A stretch of DNA of 64,000 bases, taken from positions 24,490,001 to 24,554,000 of the forward strand of contig OZ231126.1 of NCBI GenBank assembly GCA_965153355.1, written 5' to 3'. This document shows positions 12,503-22,527 of this stretch, piece by piece. This DNA is from Flaccisagitta enflata. Lineage: Eukaryota. The notes below the pieces were generated by a model. That model was not told the origin of the DNA. It searched no databases and worked only from the letters and a program-made list of their open reading frames with translations. Positions within the stretch are counted from its first letter, which is position 1. Each line of letters opens with the position of its first letter. The position numbers and the translations under genes are program-made.

Positions 12503-13490
12503 TTGCCATCATGGATCTTAAGGTATGCCACCAGTGATTTCAAGGTATGCCACCATGGACTCTGCTGCATGCCACCATAGACTTCAAGGTATGGACTTCA
12601 AGGTATGCTGGCCTCATGGACTTCCAAGGTATGCTACCATGGATTCTCAAGGTATGCCACCATGGACTTCTTTCACAGTATGCCACCATGGACTTCAAGT
12701 ATGCCACCATGGACTTCATTGAGGTACGCCACCATGGATCTCGAGACGCTCACCATGGACTTTTGAGGTATGCCACCATGGACTTCCAAGGTATGCCACC
12801 ATGGACTTCATGACGCCACCACGGACTTAAGGTATGCCATCATGGACTTCAGTGTATGCACTACGTGACTTCGGCGTACGCCACCATGGACTTCATGCCA
12901 CCATGGACTTACACAGATGCACCATGACTTGAAGGATGCCACCACGGATCTCTCAAGCGTATGCCACCATGGACTTCTGCTGTACGATCTCACCATGGAC
13001 TTCAAGGTATGCCACCATGGACTTCAAGTAACGCCACCATGGACTTCAAGGTATGCCACCATGGACTCAAGGTATGCCACCACGATTTTAAGGTATGCCA
13101 CCATGGACTTCAAGGTATGCCACCATGGACTTCAAGGTATGCCACCATGGACTTCAAGGTATGCCACCATGGACTTCAAGGTATGCCACCATGGACTTCA
13201 AGGTATGCCACCATGGACTTCAAGGTATGCCAACATGGACTTCAAGGTATGCCACCATGGACTTCAAGGTATGCCACCATGGACTTCAAGGTATGCCACC
13301 ATGGACTTCAACGCATGCCACCATGGACTTCAAGGTATGCCACCATGGACTTCATGCTATGCCACCATGGACTTCTAAGGTATGCCACCATGGACTTCAA
13401 GGTATGCTAACATGGACTTCAAGGTATGCCACCATGGACTTCAAGGTATGCCACCATGGACTTCAAGGTATGCCACCATGGACTTCATGG
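12503..13490. repeat. 22-bp minisatellite (GGTATGCCACCATGGACTTCAA)n
   Basis: About 45 units; ORF period of 22 aa = 3 units; 5' half degenerate, 3' half homogeneous. Confidence 0.95.
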
Positions 13491-13884
13491 TATTTGAAAA
13501 TTTTTTTTTGAAATTTTTTTTTTTTTTTTATGAAATTTTTTTTTTTGAATTTTTTTGAAATTTTTTTGAAATTTTTTTTTTCTTTTATCATGTATCTTCT
13601 CGAGTCGCGTTTACGCGACAGAAAGTTTTTAAATTATGTCCAGTCGGGGACTGTAATTAGTTTTTTAATTTGCATACAATTAAAGGATATTAATTGAACT
13701 GCCCCTTAAAATTCAAACTAAATCTGAAGTCTTGAGCTGAAGATACCAGCTTAATAATGTAGTAATATGTTACTAGGACTAAAGGATTTGCATAGAGGAT
13801 TGGAATTTTTTTTTACTTATCATTTATTTCATTCTGATTTTTTAGGTTTGCCACCATGGATTTCAAGATTCATCTTCACAATTT

Positions 13885-14165
13885 CTGTCATCATCTTCAC
13901 CACTGTCATCATCTTCTACTACTGTCATCATTCCTAACTACTAGTTATCATCTTCAACTACTGTTATCATCTTCAACTACTGTCATCATCTTCAACTACT
14001 GTTATCATCTTCAACTACTGTCATCATCTCTAACTACTGTCATCATCTTCAACTGCTGTCATCATCTTCAACTACTGTCATCATTTTCAACTACTGTCAT
14101 CATCTTCAACTACTGTCATCATCTTCATCTACTATCATCATCCTCGACTACTGTCATCATCTTCG
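13885..14165. repeat. 19-bp minisatellite (CTACTGTCATCATCTTCAA)n
   Basis: Tandem units visible directly. Confidence 0.9.
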
Positions 14166-14815
14166 ATAACTTAATTTTTTTGAGTAAATATTTTAAAATA
14201 TTGGTTTATAAAATTTAAGAATATTTATGACGTATCTAGTCTAGTTACATTATTTCCTGGACTTGAAAAATTTTTTGAAATTTTTTTGAAATTTTTTTTT
14301 GAAAATTTTTTAAAACTTTTCAAAAATTTTAAAATTTTTTTTGAAAATTTTTCAAAATTTTTTTGGAAAATTTGAAATTTTTTTTCAAATTTTTTCCTCA
14401 ATTTTTTTTAAAATTTTTAAAACTTTTCAAAAATTTTTAAATTTTTTTTTTGAAAATTTTGTTTAAATTTTTTTTGAAATTTTTTTTTTTGAAAATTTTT
14501 TTTTTGAAAATTTTTTAAATATTTTTTCTAAGATTTTTGTTGTTATTATCATTCATTGTTATCATCATCATCCACTATTGTTATTATTATCAAGTTATGT
14601 CATCATTAAAACAATATTGAAAAATTTTTCTGCTGAAATCGCTGTCTTGTCAGCAGATTCTACCGAGCCTATGGCTTATTAATAAGAAAGTTTCGTACCA
14701 ACCCCAGTCGGGGACTGTAATTTTGAAGCTTTTTTTTTCAAATGGTAGCAATGAACGAAAGTACGAAAAACGAGAATGACTACAATAACACGAACGAAAA
14801 ACGAAAATAAAAATC

Positions 14816-14817
<2 letters not shown>

Positions 14818-14901
<84 letters not shown>
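14818..14901. repeat. (GA)n microsatellite
   Basis: Pure GA run. Confidence 0.95.
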
Positions 14902-14903
<2 letters not shown>

Positions 14904-15097
14904 AAAAGAGATCCCAAAACACCATCCAACCTATGTGTCATCCAAAAACACAAGCCAGTCAATCTAATCTAATCTTTGGAAGTGTGCTATTTTAGATATA
15001 AAACTTCCAAAGTTGATGTCCGCGTTAAATTGTAGAAAAGTATCGTAAGAAGATGCCAGTTCATAGGCTTTAAATTTTCACTATTCATTGAAAACAG

Positions 15098-15208
15098 GCA
15101 AGAAATTGGCATGAACTACGCCATCATTATTTTGTGCGCTTCGGCGCCCACTACGATTAATTTCATGACTGCGGCACAATTACTCGGATTCACTGAAGAA
15201 GAACATTT
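15098..15208 (+). CDS. NPR-like ECD exon E (QEIGMNYAIIILCASAPTTINFMTAAQLLGFTEEEH)
   Basis: IIILCAS....M.AA..LG....E motif of NPR/rGC; cag/gtaagt; phase 2 to 2. Confidence 0.9.
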
Positions 15209-15383
15209 GTAAGTGCATTCTCATCGAGGGAGAGCCAAGGGGGCTGGGATGAAACGGTGGGAAATTTCCATAACATTCCCCCGATTCATTTTTCACAAAC
15301 GGGATAAGCTTGGTCGGATTCATGATCAGGGTGGTCGGGGATAAGGGCCTGATTTTTTAAGAATATATACATGCATATATCAG

Positions 15384-15976
15384 AGGGGGGAAAGCTAAAA
15401 ACTGTTTAGGAACATTTTAGCAGATTTTAGCACTTCTTAGCACTTTTTAGCACGTGGTTTTGGGTAGCGGGCCCGCTAAAAAGTTTTTAGTACACATATT
15501 TTGTAAAAAAATTCAGCTAAAAAGCTTTTAGAAAAAAAAATCCTGTTAAAAAATTAGGATTTTAAAAATTTGCAAAAAAGATGCTAAAAAGTTGCTAGAA
15601 CATTTCTATGCTGAAGCTTGAAAACTTTAAAAACGATAAATTAGAAAAATGCTAAAATATTGCCAAAAAATCGCTGAAATTTACAAAAAAGTGGCCAAAA
15701 TTTGCTAAAAAGATGCTAAAAGGTTTTTTACAGACTTGCTATAAAGATTTCCTAAATCTGATGCTAAAAAAAGTTTAAAAATTGCAAAAATGTTACTAAA
15801 AAACTTGGAAAGTTCCAAAAAACCGATTTAATGAGTTTTTTTTACAACTTTTTAGCAATTTTTCAGCTGAACAACCACTAGAAACTTTTCAACACACTCA
15901 TGTAGCGGGCCCTTTGCTAAAAAGTGCTAAAATCTGCTTAAATGTTCTTAAAAAGTTTTTAGCTACCCCCCCCCCG
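15384..15976. mobile_element. MITE with long imperfect TIRs
   Basis: GGGGGGAAAGCTAAAAACTGTTTAGGAACATTTTAGCAGATTTTAGCACTT versus its reverse complement at ~15921-15975. Confidence 0.7.
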
Positions 15977-16013
15977 AATTATGCATGATCAATTGATTAT
16001 GCTATCTTTTCAG

Positions 16014-16087
16014 GTTTTTGATCATTGACATCTTCAATAGCGTCAGCAACAGATTAAAAGTTAATGCATCTCAAACACTCGTCAACG
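16014..16087 (+). CDS. NPR-like ECD exon F (LFLIIDIFNSVSNRLKVNASQTLVN)
   Basis: F..IDIF motif; cag/gtaaga; phase 2 to 1. Confidence 0.85.
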
Positions 16088-16329
16088 GTAAGAACTTTGG
16101 TGTGTTATTCTTTCATTTTTTTGGTGACCTGATTTCTTGATTAATGGTGCAACGTTGATGATACCAGTCGGTCTGTCACGTCACTTTATTCTTAAAAGAA
16201 AGAAGGCTAATACGTAACTTAGCCGCTAGCGGGTGGTTAGGGGAGTTAACCGGTTTACCTACCTTTCTAATCAAACGTCTATTTATCGTAACAGTTAAGT
16301 CTTGAGTTTTCCACCAATTTGTCACGCAG

Positions 16330-16427
16330 CCTTTGAATCCATGAGATTGATCTCGACTGGAAAATCCGATGGAAATCTGGATTTTACCGAAGAGATGGAT
16401 AACCGACTGAACCGCTCGCGCTCAGAG
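16330..16427 (+). CDS. NPR-like ECD exon G (AFESMRLISTGKSDGNLDFTEEMDNRLNRSRSE)
   Basis: AF....I motif; cag/gtatg; phase 1 to 0 bridges exons F and H. Confidence 0.8.
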
Positions 16428-16536
16428 GTATGGTAAGGGCTAGTACTGCGTTAGCGTATACTTAGGGAGCACCCCATCGTTGAATTGGCCGCGTTATACA
16501 GAAATATCGTTTGTTCTGGTTTACATTCCTTTTCAG

Positions 16537-16726
16537 AGCGACGCCATCGTCACAGACGGCGATTCAATGAATGACTCAGACAACGATTTCTTCCTCGCAT
16601 CGTTCTACTACTCCTTCTATTGGTACGCGAAAACCCTGGACGCAGCTCTGCGCGAAAACGTGTCAATTAACGACGGCGAGAGTATCACTAAGCGGCTTAA
16701 AGGCGGATCCTACGAAGGAGTGGCAG
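16537..16726 (+). CDS. NPR-like ECD exon H (...FFLASFYYSFYWYAKTLDAALRENVSINDGESITKRLKGGSYEGVAG)
   Basis: ASF....Y......L......DG..IT......Y.G..G motif; cag/gtgag; phase 0 to 1. Confidence 0.92.
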
Positions 16727-16945
16727 GTGAGGCAGGCTAAGGATGCGCAACCTTAAAGTTTGCCTCCGTTCTATGATAGTGCTTTGGTTAATGTGGTCGG
16801 AATAGATGAATGTTAAACTTATCAACGCTAGGTCAACAGGCGATGTTGCCTTTCTTTTCTAGCTACTTCAATTTGAACATCCCGATACCCATTTGTTTCA
16901 GTAGAAAGGTTGAAGATTCTAAATTTCGCTTCCTTGCTTTCTTAG

Positions 16946-17028
16946 GTGAATTTCGAATCGATGAACATGGCGATCGGATTATGGACTACAATTTGAGGAA
17001 ATATAAAAAAGACATAAATGATTTTGTG
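16946..17028 (+). CDS. NPR-like ECD exon I (GEFRIDEHGDRIMDYNLRKYKKDINDFV)
   Basis: Hallmark ID..GDR..DY.L motif; tag/gtgagt; phase 1 to 0. Confidence 0.93.
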
Positions 17029-17144
17029 GTGAGTCACTTTTATTGTGGTAGACTATTCTTTTCCATTCCCTCTCATCTACTTTATTGGTCGGGCTGCGGA
17101 CAACAATCAACTCGAGCAGATGTTCACTTGCAGTTTTTTGCCAG

Positions 17145-17219
17145 GTCGTTGCAGATTATGATGGTTCCGTAAAAAATTGGACTTGGAGTGATAAGCAAGA
17201 TGAAAAGCATATTGGCACG
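17145..17219 (+). CDS. NPR-like ECD exon J (VVADYDGSVKNWTWSDKQDEKHIGT)
   Basis: VV..Y.G motif follows exon I in frame; cag acceptor, gtatga donor. Confidence 0.75.
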
Positions 17220-18098
17220 GTATGATTTCTTTCACTAAATCTTGCTAATTGACTTTATGACCTAGCTTTATCATCTCGGGAAACCGCTTTGTCCGTCCGT
17301 TGGTTGGTCGGTTGGTCGGTCAGTTGGTTACTCTACTCAAAATTTTATTTTTTTTATTCCGATGAAGTCATTTTAAGACAGTCATTTAAGACATGCATTT
17401 TAAGTCAAATAAGATCATTTAAAGACATGTTAGGTCAGTTTTAATCAGTTTATTATTTGAGTCAGTTATCTAATTTAGCCATTTTAGTGATTTTAGGTCA
17501 ATCTAAGTCAAATTAGGTCACTAAAAGTAAATTCAAGTCATTCTAGGTCAATTTTAGTCATTATAGTCATTGAAGTCATTTTAGGTCAATTTAGGTCATT
17601 TAGTCATTTTAGATTTTTTTAAAGTCAACAAAATTCAATGAAAATCATTTTCCTTATGTGGTTATGTAATCATGTGATTATGTCAGTCTCGCACGCGACT
17701 CATGGGTGTTAGCCTTGTTTACTGAGGGGCTTTGTGTGTCTACGAATGATGCATGTTTTTTTCTTACTTTGTACGCTCGCACTCTCGAACATCATTGGCT
17801 AATGACGACGTGGACGTTGATTTCCATACATTGAAAAAAGCCCATCACCATATATCTTGGTCGCGTGCATTGTTGGTCCATCCATCCGTATATCTGTCAG
17901 GCCGGCCGGCTGTCCGTCCATACGTCCGTCCTTACGTCCATCTATCCATCCATCTGTCCGTCCGTCCGTCCGTCCATCTGTCCGTCCATTCGTCCATCCG
18001 TCCGTCCATCCATCCATCCATCAGTCCGACCATCCGTCCATCCATCCCCTTTTGAGCAGCGGCCTCACACATCACAGAAACAAACCCTAGGTGGATAA

Positions 18099-18915
18099 TA
18101 GGACTCGCCATAGTTAACTTTAACTAGCTAGTTAACTACACTCTTTTTTTTTTATAAGAACATCAATTTTTTTTTGTAGGCTTCATGTTCTTATCTTTAG
18201 GATCAAATGAAGCCTTCAACGATCTTAGAGCGTTCTTAATTCTAAATGCTGTATAAACTGCAGGACACCTTATAATATACTACTAGTCAATCATAGTAAA
18301 TATATTTTGATTAAGTACTGTTAAAACAAATGCTAATCATTAAAGTCTATTTTAATGATTTTTTTGTCAAAAATCATAAAATATCATATAAATTAAACTA
18401 AAATTTAAGTTTTTTTTTTAATGTTCTTTTTAATATTACTTTAAGCGAAATTTTTTTCTCAAGATATGAAGCCTATGTATGTTCTTAAGATGTTCTTAAT
18501 TTTAGGGCAATCAAAGCCTTGATGTTCTTATAAACTAGGTTCTTATAAAAAAAAGAGTGTAGTCAAAATTCTGAAAACCCCTAAAGTTAACTATGGTAAA
18601 TTAACTAGTTAAAACAGTTAAAGACTTTTATGGAAAGAATTGGGAAAAATCACCTTTTTCTTTCTTTCAATGACATGATTTTTGTAAATATTTTGGCATT
18701 AAGAAAAAATATTTGGATTGTAACACAGAAACAGTAAAATCAATACTGATATTATTGATAGATTTAGGAATTGTATCAAAATCATGACAATTTTTTGTAA
18801 ATTCTGCCTTTCACAAGGTGAAATTTTTAACTATTTTAGCTAGTTGACTAGCGAAGTTTTTAGTTAGTTAACTATTAACTAGTTAATTTGAAAACCTTAA
18901 CTATTGCGACTCCTA
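18099..18915. mobile_element. hAT-like MITE
   Basis: TIR TAGGACTCGCCATAGTTAA / TTAACTATTGCGACTCCTA; 8-bp TSD GTGGATAA on both sides. Confidence 0.88.
18139..18559. mobile_element. TA-TSD MITE nested in the hAT MITE
   Basis: TIR CACTCTTTTTTTT..TATAAGAAC; TA flanks. Confidence 0.8.
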
Positions 18916-19043
18916 GTGGATAAAAAAGGGCTTTAGAGTGTTGTGAACCCTATAAGCACATTGTACATTGTATAAGGTAAAATTAGGACAAAAAATCGGC
19001 TTGTACAGTATTTATAGCCTAATAATTGCCAAAATAAAGCATA

Positions 19044-19818
19044 CAGTGGGAACTCGATTTAACGACCCTGAAGGGACCTGGGATTTTTGGTTGTTAAATC
19101 GGGATGTTGTTAAATCGAATTTCTCATTTTCTTCAATAACTTGATCTAAACAATTTCATAACAAGGCAATTCAGGCCAGCATCAGTGCTAAATCGATTCT
19201 TATTGTCATTATTCAAGCCTTTGTATTAATGGCCAACAAACATGCTGACAAAAGGACAAACAAAGCTTCAGAAAAATGGAAAGAGAGACATATACAAAGT
19301 GACATATAGACAGATAAATGTAGCCTAAAAAAAACTCACAATGTTATGTACCAATAAAGGATATCATAAATCATTTGTAGGATAAAGAATAATATTGAAA
19401 AAAAAGTTGATATGGATTAACATTTTCTCAATAAAAAGCTGTATGAATGACATCTGATTTTTTTTATTCTAAATTCTTTTTGTTATATTCTTCCGCTGAT
19501 TCACGTTTGATTTAAAAGTCTTAATTTATATCAAAATTTTTCAAATCAAAATTAGAAAATGTCAAAGCTTGAATGAAAACTTAATGTTAAAAAAAAATTA
19601 TCACATAAGTTGAAATGTCGAAGTCACTAAATCAGGGAATAAAATTTCAAGGGACCTGAAAATAGTGACTTTAAATCAGGTCTGGCTGTTATATAAGGTG
19701 TCGTTAAAACAGGTAAAATTAACATAGCAAAAGCCTGAAAAAATTTGAAACCAGAGAAACCTGGATGTTAAATCCGAAATGTTGTTAAATCAGGTGACGA
19801 AAAGGCGGTAGTCCACTG
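19044..19818. mobile_element. Tc1/mariner-pogo-like MITE
   Basis: TA|CAGTGG...CCACTG|TA with pogo-like subterminal CGATTTAACGAC / GTTGTTAAATC motifs. Confidence 0.75.
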
Positions 19819-20262
19819 TATTTCACATTTTGTTATGTTGAAAATTGTTGCTTTATGTTTTAAAACTTTAAGGAATAACTGAACTGTGTAACAATCGCTG
19901 CTGTAAAAATGTTTTTACCAAATTGAGCTAGTTTGGCAGGATATTCAACAGATGAGCCCAAAAAGCAGCTAAGAATCAATAAAAAAAACTCCATTTTTAA
20001 GCTTAACATTAGTATTACTATTTATACTACTCATCTTTACTATTTATAAATCAAATCTTGTTCAAATCAATTATGAGATTTCAGCACACTCTTTTCCATG
20101 TAATTTCAAAATTCCGATCGAGTTAGTTATAAGAGTCTCCTAAAATTTACTAAGGGTGGCTGGGGAGGCATCAGGGGTGCCCTGACCACCCTTAACAAAA
20201 TTTCAGCCCAAAAAACTAACTTCAGCCCAAAACTCTAATGATGTGATTCAATAGTTACTTTT

Positions 20263-21109
20263 ACCAGTAATGGCGGCTGTCGCCGTGAGGAAAAAAGTCG
20301 TAAGCATTGGTCACTTTTCACCCTGCTTTTGTCTTCAGTCATTGATTTTTTTTTATTTATTAGATCAAATCAAAAGCAATTGTGTGTATTGATTGCACTG
20401 AAAATCAGAGAAAAATAGAACCGAGCCAAATGAGCTAGATGAGCTAAAATATTCAAAATGATTTAACCAGACAAACAGCTTTGCTTACTGAGATGCTTTC
20501 TTGTAATTGCATGCTTAAATCAAAACAATATTTTATTTATCCTATTTCAAATCAGAGAAAAAGAGCAAGCTAAATGAGCTAAATGAGCTAGAATACTTAA
20601 AAACACTCTCACAGATGAGCAGCTCTGCTCACTGACATATTTCTTTTATTTGCTTGCTTAAACAAGTATGAAAATATTCATTTATTTATCGTATTTAAAA
20701 TCAGAAAGAACAGACTGAGCTAAGTGAGCTAAATGAGCTAAAATGCTCAAAAACGCCCTCACAGATGAGCAGCTGTGCTCATAAACATTTTTTTTGTATT
20801 TGCATGCTCAAGTAAACATGAATAGACTCCTTTATTGATCTTACACAAAATAAAAAAAAATCGAAAAAAATCCCATTTGAATTTTTCGTAAATAAATCTT
20901 TCAAAAATCATAGCGCAAAAAGTATTTGTCGTAGAGCATTCTGCTTGGCGCCAAATGAAAGAGAATTATCCAATTTACTTACCCTATAAATTTCATTGGA
21001 GGCCCCAATCAGCCGGATGAGATGCACAACTTTCTCATAAGAAAATGAAAACCCTGTTTCTCTCGAATATGTCAAAAAGTCGAAGACTGACTTCGACTTT
21101 TTTCCCGAT
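20263..21109 (-). mobile_element. Non-autonomous Helentron-like element (HINE/DINE-1 architecture)
   Basis: On -: 5' subTIR GGAAAAAAGTCG within the palindrome AAAAAGTCGAAG-n5-CTTCGACTTTTT; 3' subTIR CGACTTTTTTCC, hairpin GGCGACAGCCGCC, then CTGGT; internal tandem repeats; second copy at 52024-53992. Confidence 0.75.
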
Positions 21110-21145
21110 AAAAACTAATTAGTTTACTTTCCTCTTTTGTATCAT

Positions 21146-22162
21146 TTATAAGTGATCCCTGCATGTTGCTTTTGACCTTTGCATCCAAGCAACCATCGCT
21201 TGGCGTCTTGTCTCCGCAACTTTGTTTTGGATACGCGAGCCTTCAGCCATATCCCAGACCTGACGAGCACATTCAACGCGATTGGCGGCGCTAAATGACT
21301 TGTAGAAATTGGCTGGGAGGAAGTTTGCAAGCTTGGTGATCTGCTTTTTCGAGGTGCGTTTATCAGTCGCCGAACAAAGGCGGAGCAGATGTTCGTTGAT
21401 GCAGAGTCCAGACTCGGGGTCAAAAATGGTTGACGAAGAGTTTGGTGACTCCAGCTTCTTCTGCTGATCAGCTGATTGTCCTTTAGCTGGATGTTGAGGA
21501 GCCAAACAACCACTGGCGACCGCCGGAGGATGAAGATCACCAATTGGAGTTTTTCCCTGTGCCGCTGCTACCTCTGGCCGCTGTTTCAGCTCCTTGGCAT
21601 TCTTTGACGCAGGCGTCGATGAAGCAGAAAGAGTTTCCCCGCTACCTGAGGTGATTGCCGCTGCGCTGGGCGCTTCCTGCTGTTGAGGATGCTGTTGTTG
21701 CTTCTTTTTGTTTTTGTTATTGTTTTCACCTTTGCCTTTGCTTTTGGAATTGGCCGTGACTTGAAGCTGTTGTTGCTGCTGCTGCTTCTGTTGTTGTTGC
21801 CATTGCTGCTGCTGTTGTTGTTGCTGCTGCTTCAGCTGCTGGTGTTGCTGCTGCTGCTGCTGTTGTTGCACTGGGCCAAGCCCCGGATGCTTTTTCTCTT
21901 GTCGACGACGTTTTAGGTTGGGAGTGATGCCGGACGCACTTGATGATTTGCTGCTGCGTTGGTGGAAGTTGCCGCCGGTGGGATTGCGGCTGCAGCAGGC
22001 GGTGGATTGTTTGTTGCGTTTTTCCTCCTCCTCCTGCGACGCTGCAGATGCCGATTCATAGTCTTCCGGTCAATCTGGAGACTCCATCAGACGATCTATG
22101 TCCAAGGACCCGTCGAAAGTTAACGCCTCCATCTCCGCCTGCAGACGCTGTTGATGCGACAT
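21146..22162 (-). pseudogene. Additional Q-rich ORF downstream of the BEL/Pao integrase (env position), with one in-frame stop
   Basis: ATG at 22162 (MSHQQRLQAEMEAL...) is in frame with track ORF 21146-21871, with a single TGA at codon 31; same strand as pol. Confidence 0.6.
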
Positions 22163-22527
22163 CTTGACTCCGACGAATCAACTTCAAGATGATGACTGAC
22201 GTGAAGGTGGAATTTCCACGTCAGGGGAAGCTTTGAAAACGTAATTGGCGATGAACTGGTTTGGACAGAAGCAATTGGAAAATAGCATGATATCTACATA
22301 TAGACAAAGCAATGAATCAGTGTTTGAAAAATATTTGGCATGAAAATGAACATCACAATTTGCCAATATGAGGAAAGAGTTGAATGCATGGATAAGTAAA
22401 ACCAAACATGAAGTCGTACATCTCTTTATGTCAAAAACAAAGCAGAGCAACAAACATTCATATCTACAGTTACTAATAGACAGGCCCATGTGCCTAAATC
22501 TCTCTCTCTCTCAAAACTTAGCATTTT

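Larger units (their letters stand above)
11245..14722 (+). mobile_element. Composite HINE/Helentron-like repeat region carrying tandem arrays
   Basis: 5' GACTAC...GTAGTC palindrome followed by (TCTG)n; ~170-bp internal repeats at 11440-12400; 3' hairpin CAGTCGGGGACTG at ~13641 and ~14705. Confidence 0.55.

Noticed and set aside
12503-13490. CRISPR-like array or repeat-protein CDS (MPPWTSRYATMDFKVCHHGLQG)
   Set aside because: Units are head-to-tail with no unique spacers, there are no cas genes, and the context is eukaryotic. The ORFs simply reflect a stop-free 22-mer.
20263-21109. LTR pair (with 52024-53992) bounding the BEL element
   Set aside because: No TG...CA ends, PBS or shared TSD; the termini have Helentron-type subTIR/hairpin structure
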